Below, in pieces: positions 27,903 to 37,824 of a stretch of DNA of 64,000 nt. Origin of the DNA: Candidatus Latescibacterota bacterium (GTDB taxonomy: Bacteria; Latescibacterota; UBA2968; GCA-2709665); contig OZ244937.1 of NCBI GenBank assembly GCA_965222075.1, positions 1,856,001 through 1,920,000 on the forward strand, written 5' to 3'. The translations under genes and the position numbers were made by a program. Every line of letters begins with the position of its first letter. Within the stretch, counting starts at the first letter, position 1. Below the pieces are notes generated by a model, which did no database searches, was not told the origin of the DNA, and saw only the letters and a program-made list of their open reading frames with translations.

Positions 27903-30900
27903 ATGAAGCTCTCCGAATATGCCATCCGCAAGCCGATCACCACGGTCATGGTCGCCATCAGCGTGATGGTGCTGGGGGGCATCTCCCTCTTCCGCCTCCC
28001 GCTGGAATACCTGCCCGATTTCTCCTGGCCCGCCATGTACATTAACGTCAACTACCCCTCTTCCTCGCCGGTGGAAATCGAACGGGAGATCACCCGGCCC
28101 ATCGAAGAGGTCATGGGCACCCTCTCCCACATCAAAGCGCTCAGCTCCAACTCCTACGACAGCCGCTCTTCGGTCCGCATCGAGTTCGACTTCGGCACTG
28201 ACATGGACCTGATGGCCGTGCAGGTCCGGGACCGCTTGGATCAGGTGCGCAGAGACCTTCCCGACGACGTAGAACGGATCCAGATCCGTCGCTGGAACAC
28301 CGAAGACCTGCCCATCCTTACCTATAACCTGATGTGGATGAGCGGTGATGAGTCGGAACTCGCCGACATCTACAAACAGACCGTTCTCCCCCGGCTGCAG
28401 CGGCTGGAGGGGGTGGGCAGCGTGGACATGAGGGGCATCGACGAGAAGGCCCTCCTTGTTGAAGTAGATCAGAACCTCCTCAACGCCCACCACCTGGACA
28501 TCCGGGCGCTGAGCTGGGCCATCCGCAACAACAACGTCAACACCTCCGCCGGGTACGTCCAGGACGCGGACAAACGCTTTGCCGTGCGCTCCGTCGGGGA
28601 GTTTGAGGAGGTGGACCAAATCCGGCGCCTGCCCATCCGCAATGGCATTGAAATCGGACACGTGGCGGACGTCAGCTACGACTACCCCGAAAAGAAATGG
28701 TTCGAGCGCCTGGACGGCCGGAATGCAGTCACCGTCGAAATCAGGAAATCCTCCACCGCCAACCTGGTCGCCACGGCCGATCTCGTCAAAGCCGAAATGG
28801 CAGGCATTCTGACCGATGTGGGCAGTGACAGAGTCCGGGCGCAGATTGTTCGGGACCGCTCGCTCGACGTCACGAAGGGCATCTCCAGCCTCTCCCAGTC
28901 GGCCATCCTGGGTGGCATCCTGGCCATTTCGATCATCTTTATCTTTCTCCGAAACTTCCGAAGCACCCTCATCATCGGCTCGGCCATTCCCATTTCCGTC
29001 CTCTGTGTCTTCATGACCATGTACCTTATGCGACAATTCTTCGGCGCCACCATCACCCTCAATCTGATGTCCATGATGGGGCTGATGGTCGCCATCGGCA
29101 TGCTCGTCGATCCAGCGGTGGTGGCCTTGGAAAATATCTTCCGAAAGCGCTTCGATGAAAAGCAGGACGCCTGGACGGCCGCCCTGGAGGGCAGCCGCGA
29201 GATCGGCATGCCCGTCCTGGCCGCCGCCCTGACCACCATCTGTGTCTTCGTACCCATTGTCTTTGTAACCGACTCCCGCTCTTCGCTCTTTATGAGGGAC
29301 TTCGCCCTGACCATTGTGATCTCGGTTGTTGCTTCCCTCTGCGTGGCCCTCTCCCTTATCCCCCTGGCCGGGTCCCGCGCCTTCCGGAAGGACGCATCTC
29401 GCCTCGACCTGTGGATCAAAATCGGCCTATCGTCAATCCTGCTGGGGCTCATCGCCCATCAGGTCTACACCACAGGCCTGCAGGAGGTCGTCCGCTGGAG
29501 CTGGGCGAGCCTGACCGGCTTCCTGGGCGGGCTGTCCGCTGTGCCCCCACTCGCCTGGGGCCTGCTCGGCGCGCTCCTGACCATCATCGCCGTCCTCTAT
29601 GGCTATTGCCGCGCTCGAAAGATCGAGCTCAAGGCCCTCTACGCGCGGGTGGTCAACACCACCCTCCGCTACCGCTGGACCACCGTGGCCGTATCGTGCG
29701 CCCTCCTCGCGGTCGGCTACCACTTCTACACCAAAATCGAAAAACAACCCTACCGATGGCAGCCCACGCGGCGGGTGAGTTTCCTCGTAGAACTCCCCAG
29801 GAACTACGACACCCAAGACGCCCTCGTCCTCTTTCAACAGATCGAAAACATCCTGCTGCCCCACAAGAAAGAACTCGACATCGAAGCGATCAGCACGCGG
29901 TTCAGCAATCGGCGCAGCAACAGCATCAGCATCTACCTGGTCCCCGCCGACGAAGGCAAACTGACCACCGACGAGGTCCAGAAGAAGGTCCAGGCCCTTA
30001 TCCCCCAGGACATCCCCGGCGTCCGGATCAAGGCTGGGCGATCCTGGCGCAGTTCCAATACGGGCGTCGGCGTTGAAATCAAGGGCCGCAACCCCAAAGT
30101 GCTCGCCATGCTGGCCGAGGACATCAAGCTCCGCATGCAGGACATGCAGGGAGTACACGAAGTGGAAACCAGCTTAGAGAGCGGGCTGGAGGAGATCCGG
30201 GTCACCGTCAACCGGCAGCGGGCCCAGCGCTATGGCCTCTCTCCCCGCCAGATCGCCACCACCATTTCCACTGCTCTGGGCACCCGGGGGAACAGCAAGT
30301 TTAAAACCGATGACAGGGAAATCGACATCAACGTGCAGCTCAAAGAAGAGGACCGGGCCACCCTGGAACAGCTCAAAAACGCCGTCTTCGAAAGCGACAA
30401 CGGAGACCTGGTCTCCTTTGCCAGCCTGGCCGACTTTCGGGTCAAAAAAGGCCCCAACACCCTGGAGCGGCAAGACCGGATGTCCACCGTCACCGTCTTT
30501 GCAAACACCGAGCAGTGGGCCCGCTTCCGCGTGGGCAGGGAGATGATGGACCGAATGCAGGAAATTCCCCTGCCCAACGGATACACCTGGCAGATGGACC
30601 GAAGGTTTCGCTGGATGTCCCAGGAACAGGGCGAGACCAACTTCACCATGCTCTTTGCAGCCGTACTCATCTACCTGATTATGGCCTCCCTCTTCGAATC
30701 CTACGTCCATCCCTTCACGATCATGTTCTCCATCTGCTTCGCCTTTATTGGCGTGTCCATCGGTCTTTATACCTTCAACCTCGCCCTGGACAGCAATGCC
30801 ACCTACGGCATGTTGATCCTCTTCGGCATCGTGGTCAACAACGGCATCGTACTCATCGACCACATCAACCGCTACCGCAAACAGGGCCTCTTCCGGCGGG

Positions 30901-31172
30901 AGGCGATCGTCCGGGGTGGGCAGGACCGCCTCCGTCCCATCCTGATGACGGCCACCACCACCATCCTTGGCCTCACCCCCCTGGTCATCCCGATGATCTA
31001 TGGCACCGCCGAGGGCAACGCCCGGCGCTGGGGTCCCATCGGGCTGGTGGTCATCTCCGGCCTGATGGTCTCCACCCTGCTCACCCTGGTTATCCTGCCC
31101 ACGATCTACTCCCTTATGGACGACCTGGCGCGCTACACCAAGCGGGTGGTGGCTTCGGCAAGGTCGGCGTGA
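27903..31172 (+). CDS. RND efflux permease (AcrB/AcrD/AcrF family)
   Basis: GMLVDPAVVALENI, TTICVFVP, GIVVNNGIVLID and RLRPILMT. Confidence 0.94.
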   Translation: MKLSEYAIRKPITTVMVAISVMVLGGISLFRLPLEYLPDFSWPAMYINVNYPSSSPVEIEREITRPIEEVMGTLSHIKALSSNSYDSRSSVRIEFDFGTDMDLMAVQVRDRLDQVRRDLPDDVERIQIRRWNTEDLPILTYNLMWMSGDESELADIYKQTVLPRLQRLEGVGSVDMRGIDEKALLVEVDQNLLNAHHLDIRALSWAIRNNNVNTSAGYVQDADKRFAVRSVGEFEEVDQIRRLPIRNGIEIGHVADVSYDYPEKKWFERLDGRNAVTVEIRKSSTANLVATADLVKAEMAGILTDVGSDRVRAQIVRDRSLDVTKGISSLSQSAILGGILAISIIFIFLRNFRSTLIIGSAIPISVLCVFMTMYLMRQFFGATITLNLMSMMGLMVAIGMLVDPAVVALENIFRKRFDEKQDAWTAALEGSREIGMPVLAAALTTICVFVPIVFVTDSRSSLFMRDFALTIVISVVASLCVALSLIPLAGSRAFRKDASRLDLWIKIGLSSILLGLIAHQVYTTGLQEVVRWSWASLTGFLGGLSAVPPLAWGLLGALLTIIAVLYGYCRARKIELKALYARVVNTTLRYRWTTVAVSCALLAVGYHFYTKIEKQPYRWQPTRRVSFLVELPRNYDTQDALVLFQQIENILLPHKKELDIEAISTRFSNRRSNSISIYLVPADEGKLTTDEVQKKVQALIPQDIPGVRIKAGRSWRSSNTGVGVEIKGRNPKVLAMLAEDIKLRMQDMQGVHEVETSLESGLEEIRVTVNRQRAQRYGLSPRQIATTISTALGTRGNSKFKTDDREIDINVQLKEEDRATLEQLKNAVFESDNGDLVSFASLADFRVKKGPNTLERQDRMSTVTVFANTEQWARFRVGREMMDRMQEIPLPNGYTWQMDRRFRWMSQEQGETNFTMLFAAVLIYLIMASLFESYVHPFTIMFSICFAFIGVSIGLYTFNLALDSNATYGMLILFGIVVNNGIVLIDHINRYRKQGLFRREAIVRGGQDRLRPILMTATTTILGLTPLVIPMIYGTAEGNARRWGPIGLVVISGLMVSTLLTLVILPTIYSLMDDLARYTKRVVASARSA

Positions 31173-31843
31173 AAGCGGTCGCCGTTGTCCTCCTCAGCGG
31201 CGGACTCGACAGTTGTGTTACCGCCGCCGTTGCCGCCCAATCCCACGACCTGGCCCTGCTCCACCTCACGTACGGGCAGCGCACCCAAACCCGGGAACGC
31301 CAGGCCTTCTCCGACATTGCCGATTTCTACGGCGTCCCTCCAAAGAGGCGCACCATCCTCCAGACCGATGCGCTGTCCCGAATCGGCGGGTCTGCGCTTA
31401 CCGATCCGGACGTTCCCGTTCCCGACGCCGACCTCCAGCGTCCCCACGTCCCGATCACTTATGTCCCCTTCCGAAACGCCCACCTCCTCTGCCTGGGCGT
31501 CTCCTGGGCCGAAACCCTCCGCGCCCGGTCCGTCTACATCGGCGTCGTGGAAGAGGACGGCTCCGGGTATCCCGACTGCACGGAGGCCTTCTGCTCTGCC
31601 TTTGCCCGGGCCGTAACGGCCGGCATCCGCCCGGACGCGAATATCCGGATCCACACGCCGGTGATCCACCACGCCAAAACGCAAATCGTACGCCTGGGCG
31701 CGGATCTGGGCGCGCCCCTGCACCTCACCTGGTCCTGCTACAGCCGGGAGGACATCGCCTGCGGCCGGTGCGACAGCTGCGCCCTCCGTCTCCGCGCCTT
31801 TCAAAACGCCGGCATATTCGATCCCGTTCCTTACCAGTCTTAG
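31169..31843 (+). CDS. queC: 7-cyano-7-deazaguanine synthase
   Basis: LLSGGLDS, YGQR, TYVPFRN, GYPDC and TWSCY...CGRCDSCALR. GTG overlaps the RND stop. Confidence 0.95.
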   Translation: MKAVAVVLLSGGLDSCVTAAVAAQSHDLALLHLTYGQRTQTRERQAFSDIADFYGVPPKRRTILQTDALSRIGGSALTDPDVPVPDADLQRPHVPITYVPFRNAHLLCLGVSWAETLRARSVYIGVVEEDGSGYPDCTEAFCSAFARAVTAGIRPDANIRIHTPVIHHAKTQIVRLGADLGAPLHLTWSCYSREDIACGRCDSCALRLRAFQNAGIFDPVPYQS

Positions 31844-31948
31844 TCTCCCCGACCGACAAGAAGAAGCCCCCGAAGGTCAGAAGCAGACCCCCGAGGGACA
31901 AGAGGACGGTGCAGCCAGAGTGGCGTCAACGACGAACGGACTTTTTCT

Positions 31949-32344
31949 TTAACTTCTTATAAACACAATAGTTATATCAATATCTACGCCATCATTATTA
32001 ACAAAACTGCCCGTAAACGTTATCTGACGACCATCTGGTGAGAATGCGCCAACATCGGAGCCGCCACTATCGGAAGTGAGCGAAATCGTGGTGGAAAATA
32101 TCTGAAATGTGCCCGTATCCGACTGACGAATCCCAAAGGCTGGTACTGAGTACGTGACGGTGTACCGGTCCTCTGTTAGCGTCAGCACCCCCGTTACATC
32201 CGGTGGGGTCCCCGAGTAGGCGATCTGAACACCCTGCAGACTTACACTTTGCAGGGCATATGTTCCTATAAGCGATGAAGGATTATCAGAGCCGCACGAA
32301 ACCACCAGAAGAAGAATAAATACAACATTAAGAAACCGTTTCAC
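31949..32344 (-). CDS. Lipocalin-like lipoprotein
   Basis: Lipobox VVSC; LIGTYAL; DTGTF; beta-rich; lower GC. Confidence 0.6.
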   Translation of the reverse strand: MKRFLNVVFILLLVVSCGSDNPSSLIGTYALQSVSLQGVQIAYSGTPPDVTGVLTLTEDRYTVTYSVPAFGIRQSDTGTFQIFSTTISLTSDSGGSDVGAFSPDGRQITFTGSFVNNDGVDIDITIVFIRS

Positions 32345-32610
32345 TTTTGGCCCCTCCCTTTTTTGCAGGAAAAATGGAATGCCGGGATAACCGCAGGTGG
32401 GGGAACGTCCCCCCCCGGGGCGCATCCCACCTGCCCGGTATGTAAGCAGAACAGTCTTCAACATTAAAGATATAATCATTCTACTTGTGTTGTCAAACAG
32501 AATCTAAAGATCGTGACCGCCCGACAGTCCGACCGCGACACCAACGGCCCGTTGACCTTCTCGATACAAGCCGCCGGTGGAAGGCCGCTTCGCCTCAGAC
32601 CGTTTCGTCC

Positions 32611-32639
32611 TTGACAATACCCCTGCGGCGGGTTATTTT
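32611..32639 (+). promoter_or_regulatory. sigma70 promoter
   Basis: TTGACA-17-TATTTT upstream of 32685. Confidence 0.55.
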
Positions 32640-32684
32640 GTAGATTGCTCCGGTCCAGGGGATGGAAACCACGTAAAGGAACCC

Positions 32685-33062
32685 ATGGCGCTTACCATCA
32701 ACAAAACCATCAGGCCCAACGCCATCTGGCAGGAAATGTACCTCCAGGTTCGCAAAGACCAGCGGATAGTTATCACCGCCGACGGACTCTGGTCTCCGGA
32801 AATGCGCCCTGCCACCATTGTCTGGTGCGGTCCCGACGGCATCGAGGGGCACATCGCCACAGACGACTACCTGCTGCCCGGCACCAACGTGGGCGCACTT
32901 GTCGCCAGAATCGGCAATGACAACGCTCCTATCGCCGTGGGGAACTACCACGACTTCCACGCCACCTGCGGTGGACCGCTCTTTATAGCGATGAACGAAC
33001 ACCCGGAATATCACAACCAGGCCGGCGCACTAAAGGCCCAGATCATCCTCTTCGACCTGTGA
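32685..33062 (+). CDS. LecA/PA-IL-like lectin-fold protein
   Basis: WQ...L.V.......ITADGLWS....CGPDG......GALVARIG.....AVG......G.L...MNE.....N..G.L. Confidence 0.6.
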   Translation: MALTINKTIRPNAIWQEMYLQVRKDQRIVITADGLWSPEMRPATIVWCGPDGIEGHIATDDYLLPGTNVGALVARIGNDNAPIAVGNYHDFHATCGGPLFIAMNEHPEYHNQAGALKAQIILFDL

Positions 33063-33847
33063 TTCTCCGACAGACACTGCGGTTTGCCATCCAGGAGTAT
33101 GCCCTCTCCCTTGTCTTTATCCTCGTCGTGGTGGGGGTCTGGGAGGGCCTCGTCCGAACCCTGAACGTTGCGGACTACATCCTTCCGCCCCCTTCCCGGG
33201 TCCTGGGTAAACTCGTTGAGGCCCGCCGAATCCTCCTGGGCCATACCCTGGTGACCCTGCAAGAGACAATATGGGGATTTGTGCTGGGCGCCGGAGCGGG
33301 GATGACATGCGCGATCGCCATGGCCCGGTCTCGCATTGTCGAGCGGATGCTCTATCCCCTGGTTATCTCCTCCCAGACCTTTCCCAAAGAGGCCCTGGCC
33401 CCCCTCTTTGTGGTCTGGTTCGGCGTGGGCATTCTTCCCAAAGTCGTCATCGCCGGTCTCATCTCGTTCTTCCCGGTCGTGGTCAACACCACGCGCGGGC
33501 TGCTCTCGGTTGACCCCCTCATCCTCGATTTGATGCGTGCCCTCTCTGCCGGCCAGCACCAGATCTCCCTGAAGGTCCGCCTGCCCAACGCGGTTCCCTA
33601 CCTCTTCGCCGCCCTTAAAATGTGCATCACCTTAAGCGTCATTGGCGCCGTGGTGGGAGAGTTTGTGGGCGCCAGCGCCGGATTGGGCCACCTCATCCAG
33701 CTGGCCAACGCCGAACTGGCTACCGATTTGATGTTCGCCGCCCTCACCGTGCTGGGGTGCATGGGCACCGCCCTTTTCCTGATCGTAGACGGCCTGGAAA
33801 AAACGCTTCTCCGCCGCTGGGGCGGGACCGTGGACGCAGCTTTATGA
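33059..33847 (+). CDS. ABC permease, NitT/TauT/SsuC type
   Basis: ILPPPS, P..ALAPLFVVWFG, FFPVVVNT..G and GAVVGEF. Confidence 0.92.
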   Translation: MILRQTLRFAIQEYALSLVFILVVVGVWEGLVRTLNVADYILPPPSRVLGKLVEARRILLGHTLVTLQETIWGFVLGAGAGMTCAIAMARSRIVERMLYPLVISSQTFPKEALAPLFVVWFGVGILPKVVIAGLISFFPVVVNTTRGLLSVDPLILDLMRALSAGQHQISLKVRLPNAVPYLFAALKMCITLSVIGAVVGEFVGASAGLGHLIQLANAELATDLMFAALTVLGCMGTALFLIVDGLEKTLLRRWGGTVDAAL

Positions 33848-34827
33848 ACCGAATCGCCCTGCCCATTGCCACACTTTTCCTTCTGCTCCTCTTCTCGTGT
33901 AGCTCCACCCCGCCTCCCTCCCACCACATCCAGCTCCTTTTGGACTGGAAGGCCCAGATGGAACACGCCGGCTTTTTTGTGGCCAGGCAGAAGGGCTATT
34001 ATCAAGCGGGTGGTCTCACCGTTGACATCCTCGACGGCAGCGGCGCCCCAACCACGGCCCGGTTGGTCGGCAATAGCACCTATCCCCTCGGCGTCTCCAG
34101 CGGCTCGGCCACGGTTCTGGCCCGGGACAAAAACATCCCTGTCATCTCCCTTGCCGTCATCAACCAGCACTCGCCCGTGGTCGTCTACTCGCTGAAAGAA
34201 ACCGGCATCCGGAAACCCGAAGACCTGGTGGGCAAACGCATCGGCGTGAACATCGGAGGCACCAAATACCGGGAATTCCAGGCCTTTCTCAAAAAGGTCG
34301 GCATCCCCGGAAGCCGCATCGAACTGATCGGAATGACCGAATCCAGCCCCGCCCCCCTCCTGGCCGGGCAGGTCGATGCGATGCTGGGCTACACCGAAGA
34401 CCAGCCCGTCACCCTGGAACTCCGGGGCCGGGCCGTCAACCGGATCGCCTTAGCCGAACACGGCATTGACCTCTACAGCACGAACATCATCGCGCACGAA
34501 GTCTATCTCAAAAAAAATCCGGATATCGTCCGGAAATTCGTTCGTGCCAGCCTGAAGGGATGGCAATACGCCGTGGACCACCCCGGTGAGGCCCTCGCCG
34601 CCTACATGGCCAAACGGCCCGAAAGCGACCCTGTGTTCAACAGGGCCAACTTTGCGAAGCTCATCCCCATCCTCCACAGCCCGGACGTCGAAAAGCTGGG
34701 GCTGGGCGCACAGACCCACGAACGCTGGACGCACACCCGGGATGTCCTCTTCGACCTGGAAATGATCGGTCGAAAAGTGGAGGTCACCGAACTCTTCACG
34801 AATGCATTCCTCCCCTCCCAACCGTAG
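33844..34827 (+). CDS. ABC substrate-binding lipoprotein, NMT1/THI5-like
   Basis: Lipobox LFSC; LLDW....HAGFFVA..KGYY...GL.V; I.KPEDLVGK.IG. Confidence 0.88.
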   Translation: MNRIALPIATLFLLLLFSCSSTPPPSHHIQLLLDWKAQMEHAGFFVARQKGYYQAGGLTVDILDGSGAPTTARLVGNSTYPLGVSSGSATVLARDKNIPVISLAVINQHSPVVVYSLKETGIRKPEDLVGKRIGVNIGGTKYREFQAFLKKVGIPGSRIELIGMTESSPAPLLAGQVDAMLGYTEDQPVTLELRGRAVNRIALAEHGIDLYSTNIIAHEVYLKKNPDIVRKFVRASLKGWQYAVDHPGEALAAYMAKRPESDPVFNRANFAKLIPILHSPDVEKLGLGAQTHERWTHTRDVLFDLEMIGRKVEVTELFTNAFLPSQP

Positions 34828-35617
34828 AATCATCTTTCTCAGTACCGGCGCCCTCCAGCATCCGTCTCAGACGATCTTCCATCTGCACAAACTTCGGCTG
34901 GATGCGCAGACGCGCACCTCTTGGCCTGAGAAAATCGACCGTCAGGTCGTACACAATCCGGCCTGGCCGCGGCGACATCACCACCACCCGGTCCGAGAGC
35001 AGAATCGCCTCCGGGATGCTGTGGGTAATAAACAGCACCGCCGGCCTTGACTCCTCCCAGATCCGCAGCAGCTCCAGCTGCATCCGCTCCCGCGTAATCT
35101 CGTCCAGGGCCCCGAAGGGCTCGTCCATCAACAGCACGGCCGGCCGGTAGGTCAATGCCCGGGCAATCGCCGCCCGGGACTGCATCCCGCCCGAAAGTTC
35201 CCGCGGATAAGCCCGCTCAAACCCCTCCAGCCCCACAATACGGATCGTCTCCAGCACCCGGTCCAGCACCGTCTGATCGTTAAACACCTCGCCGGGCAGC
35301 GCCACATTTTCCTCTACTGTCCGCCAGTCCAGCAGCGCCGGACTTTGAAACACCACCCCCACTTCCCGCGCCCGTCGGGCCTGCGGCGGGGCCATCCCGA
35401 TCACGGTGCCCCGCCCCGATGTGGGCGTCTCTAAGTCCCCCACAATCCGCATCAGACTCGTCTTCCCGCACCCCGACGGCCCGATCACACTGACAAACTC
35501 TCCCTGCCTGATCTGAAGGTCCACCCCCTCCAGCGCCACAACCCGGTTTGACTCCGTTTCAAAAACCTTGCCCACGCCCCGCAGATCAATCGCCAACCCG
35601 CCATTCAACATATCCAC
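34796..35617 (-). CDS. ABC ATP-binding protein, NitT/TauT type
   Basis: GPSGCGKT, FQSPALLDWRTV, YPRELSGGM, LLMDEPFGALD and FITHSI.EA. Confidence 0.93.
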   Translation of the reverse strand: MDMLNGGLAIDLRGVGKVFETESNRVVALEGVDLQIRQGEFVSVIGPSGCGKTSLMRIVGDLETPTSGRGTVIGMAPPQARRAREVGVVFQSPALLDWRTVEENVALPGEVFNDQTVLDRVLETIRIVGLEGFERAYPRELSGGMQSRAAIARALTYRPAVLLMDEPFGALDEITRERMQLELLRIWEESRPAVLFITHSIPEAILLSDRVVVMSPRPGRIVYDLTVDFLRPRGARLRIQPKFVQMEDRLRRMLEGAGTEKDDSTVGRGGMHS

Positions 35618-35637
35618 TCCCCTGCCTACCCCCAGCA

Positions 35638-35661
35638 GGACGCACGGCCGCGCGCCCCTAC
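35638..35661 (-). repeat. Single GTAG REP
   Basis: Minus strand GTAGGGGCGCGCGGCCGTGCGTCC. Confidence 0.6.
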
Positions 35662-35784
35662 ATTTCCCACAAGAACCACAGAGAACACAGAGAATGTTTT
35701 CTTGGTGTCTTCGTGGCTTAGTGTGAGGTCCTCAGAGTATGATTATACCGGACTCTGTGTTCATCCGTGTTCATCGCACGTTCT

Positions 35785-37779
35785 TCAATACCCATGCACG
35801 TAATGCCTCACATCCCCCCCCGGAAACCAGATCAGATCCACTAAGAAACAACAGCCCACCGCGAACACATACCCTACGATAAGCCCGTAAAAGATCGGCT
35901 TGGTCCGCCGGTAGAGCGCCATCCCCCCCAGCCGAAGGATCAAAAGCTTGGCCAGCCAGACGATGAAAATATCCAGCACATAGAGCTGCACATACCCGCT
36001 GGACGCCATCATAATCCCCAGCGGGTGGAGCGGCCACCAGGGAAAACGGCTCTGAAACAAAACCGCCAGGACGGCGACCAGGCCGCCCAGAACCCAGACC
36101 GTCATCTTTCCGGGGTCGGGTATCGAACGGTCCGCTTCGGCCACCGCCTTGGCAATCCCCTCGTACATCCCCCGTGGCGCGCCCACCAGCGACCAGGTCC
36201 TGAACGTCGTGCCCCCCTCCTGGTACGTCAGCGAGACCGTATAGAGAATCGCCGCCAGCACACCCACCACCACGCCCACCACCACCAGCCAGCCCACCCG
36301 TCTCCCGGCCCCCATCAGCCGCTCCACATGGGGCAGCGTTGCGGGCAGGCGCCAGCCGGGCAGAAGCCGCCAGTTCACCAGCCGCATCGCAACCAGCGTG
36401 GACTCCGACAGCCTGCCCATCCCGACCCAGGTGTCCAGAATCGATACCCCGAAGCTGGGAAAGAGGTAGGCAAATCCGCTGGCTGCGAGGAACTTCATCA
36501 CCACTAAGATACTCGCCCAGAACAGCAACAGCCACAGCGCCCCCATCCCCAGGCTGTAGCCCGCCCGGTGCAGCCAGAAGACCATGTAAAGCCCCCCGCC
36601 GACCAGGGCGACCGCGGCCAGCCGGGGGGAGAGGATCGCCGTTTCGGCCTCCCCCGCTGCGGGTGGGTCCAAAATCTGCTGAAACACCCGCCTCAGGTGC
36701 CCCCTGGCCGCCCAGATCGTCCACAGGACCAGCCCCACGCTCACCCCGTGGGTAAACAGCCCCAGGATGGCCTGTGGCTTGGCCTCCTGCCCGGCCAGCC
36801 CCACCGTGAACCCAACCCGGCCCATCCCGTAAAGCGCGACCTGTCCCACCAGGAAGAGGGACCAGATGCTGAATAAGATGTTCAGATCGCACAAAAAGGT
36901 AAACCCGAACACCGTCGGCAGCAGTCGGTAGGAGAAGGGACGCAGATAACGCGAGATTTCCGACCCTCTGGGTCCGCTGGGACCATAGTAGGCGTCCCAA
37001 ATCGTAATCCTGGGAAACCCTGGCATCCAGTAATCGATCGTATTCCACAGCAGGGGGAGCCCGGCAATCGCAAACCCCGCCCAGAAGAGCCAGCTACGCA
37101 CAAACGGCGGCCACCCGGGCCGCCGGTCAAACCCCTCCGTCAGATCCAGCGGCACCTGCGCTAAGGGGTAGGTCAGCCGCTCGTGACTGACCCACTGCTT
37201 CTGAAAAATCGCCGTTACCCCCAGCCCGATCACCGTCATCGCCAATCCGGCCGAGGCCGCCCAGAAGATCGGACCCACCCACGCCCCCCACGGCAGTACC
37301 GCTCCTTCCTCCAACCCCAGGTAGAACCCTTCCACCACGCCGGGGAAGTTCGACGGATACATCCACCAGGGAATATAATCGAAGATCAGCTCCTGCCAGC
37401 GGTTCTCGGGGGAGGCGTAATAACGGGGCGCGGTCATCGCCCCCACCCACTGCGTAATCCAGTTGTATCCGGCAAACGACCCGCCCACCCACAGCATACA
37501 CAGCAGCATCCGCAGTTCGGCCGACGTGAGGGAGAGCCGGGGCGCGAAACGTTTAAGCAGGGTACTGCCCAGCAGCCAGAACACGAAAGGCAGCAGAACC
37601 ACCAGCGGCAGGTTGGCCATGGCCATATGGGCCGATCGCGTCCTGAACTCCAAAAAGGTGGCCGCCATGCAGGCGAAAATCAGGGTTGCAGCCGCCAGCA
37701 GCACAACCGTCTTACGCACACCTGCGTCGGGGGTCGGCTGCTGGAGAGGGGCCCGCAAAGACCGTTCGGGTTGGCTCAT
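35785..37779 (-). CDS. Large polytopic membrane protein (DUF6785/DUF6784-like putative transporter)
   Basis: QW...ERLTYPL.Q.PL, W.AW..P...W, F.WWPLHPLG and many TM segments. Confidence 0.7.
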   Translation of the reverse strand: MSQPERSLRAPLQQPTPDAGVRKTVVLLAAATLIFACMAATFLEFRTRSAHMAMANLPLVVLLPFVFWLLGSTLLKRFAPRLSLTSAELRMLLCMLWVGGSFAGYNWITQWVGAMTAPRYYASPENRWQELIFDYIPWWMYPSNFPGVVEGFYLGLEEGAVLPWGAWVGPIFWAASAGLAMTVIGLGVTAIFQKQWVSHERLTYPLAQVPLDLTEGFDRRPGWPPFVRSWLFWAGFAIAGLPLLWNTIDYWMPGFPRITIWDAYYGPSGPRGSEISRYLRPFSYRLLPTVFGFTFLCDLNILFSIWSLFLVGQVALYGMGRVGFTVGLAGQEAKPQAILGLFTHGVSVGLVLWTIWAARGHLRRVFQQILDPPAAGEAETAILSPRLAAVALVGGGLYMVFWLHRAGYSLGMGALWLLLFWASILVVMKFLAASGFAYLFPSFGVSILDTWVGMGRLSESTLVAMRLVNWRLLPGWRLPATLPHVERLMGAGRRVGWLVVVGVVVGVLAAILYTVSLTYQEGGTTFRTWSLVGAPRGMYEGIAKAVAEADRSIPDPGKMTVWVLGGLVAVLAVLFQSRFPWWPLHPLGIMMASSGYVQLYVLDIFIVWLAKLLILRLGGMALYRRTKPIFYGLIVGYVFAVGCCFLVDLIWFPGGDVRHYVHGY

Positions 37780-37824
37780 AGGCGATTAAAAGGGTTAGGA
37801 AACGGAGCAGACGCAACGGCGATC

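Noticed and set aside
30515-31168. Long N-terminal extension of QueC
   Set aside because: It is an alternate-frame overlap with the RND gene; QueC motifs start at GTG 31169.
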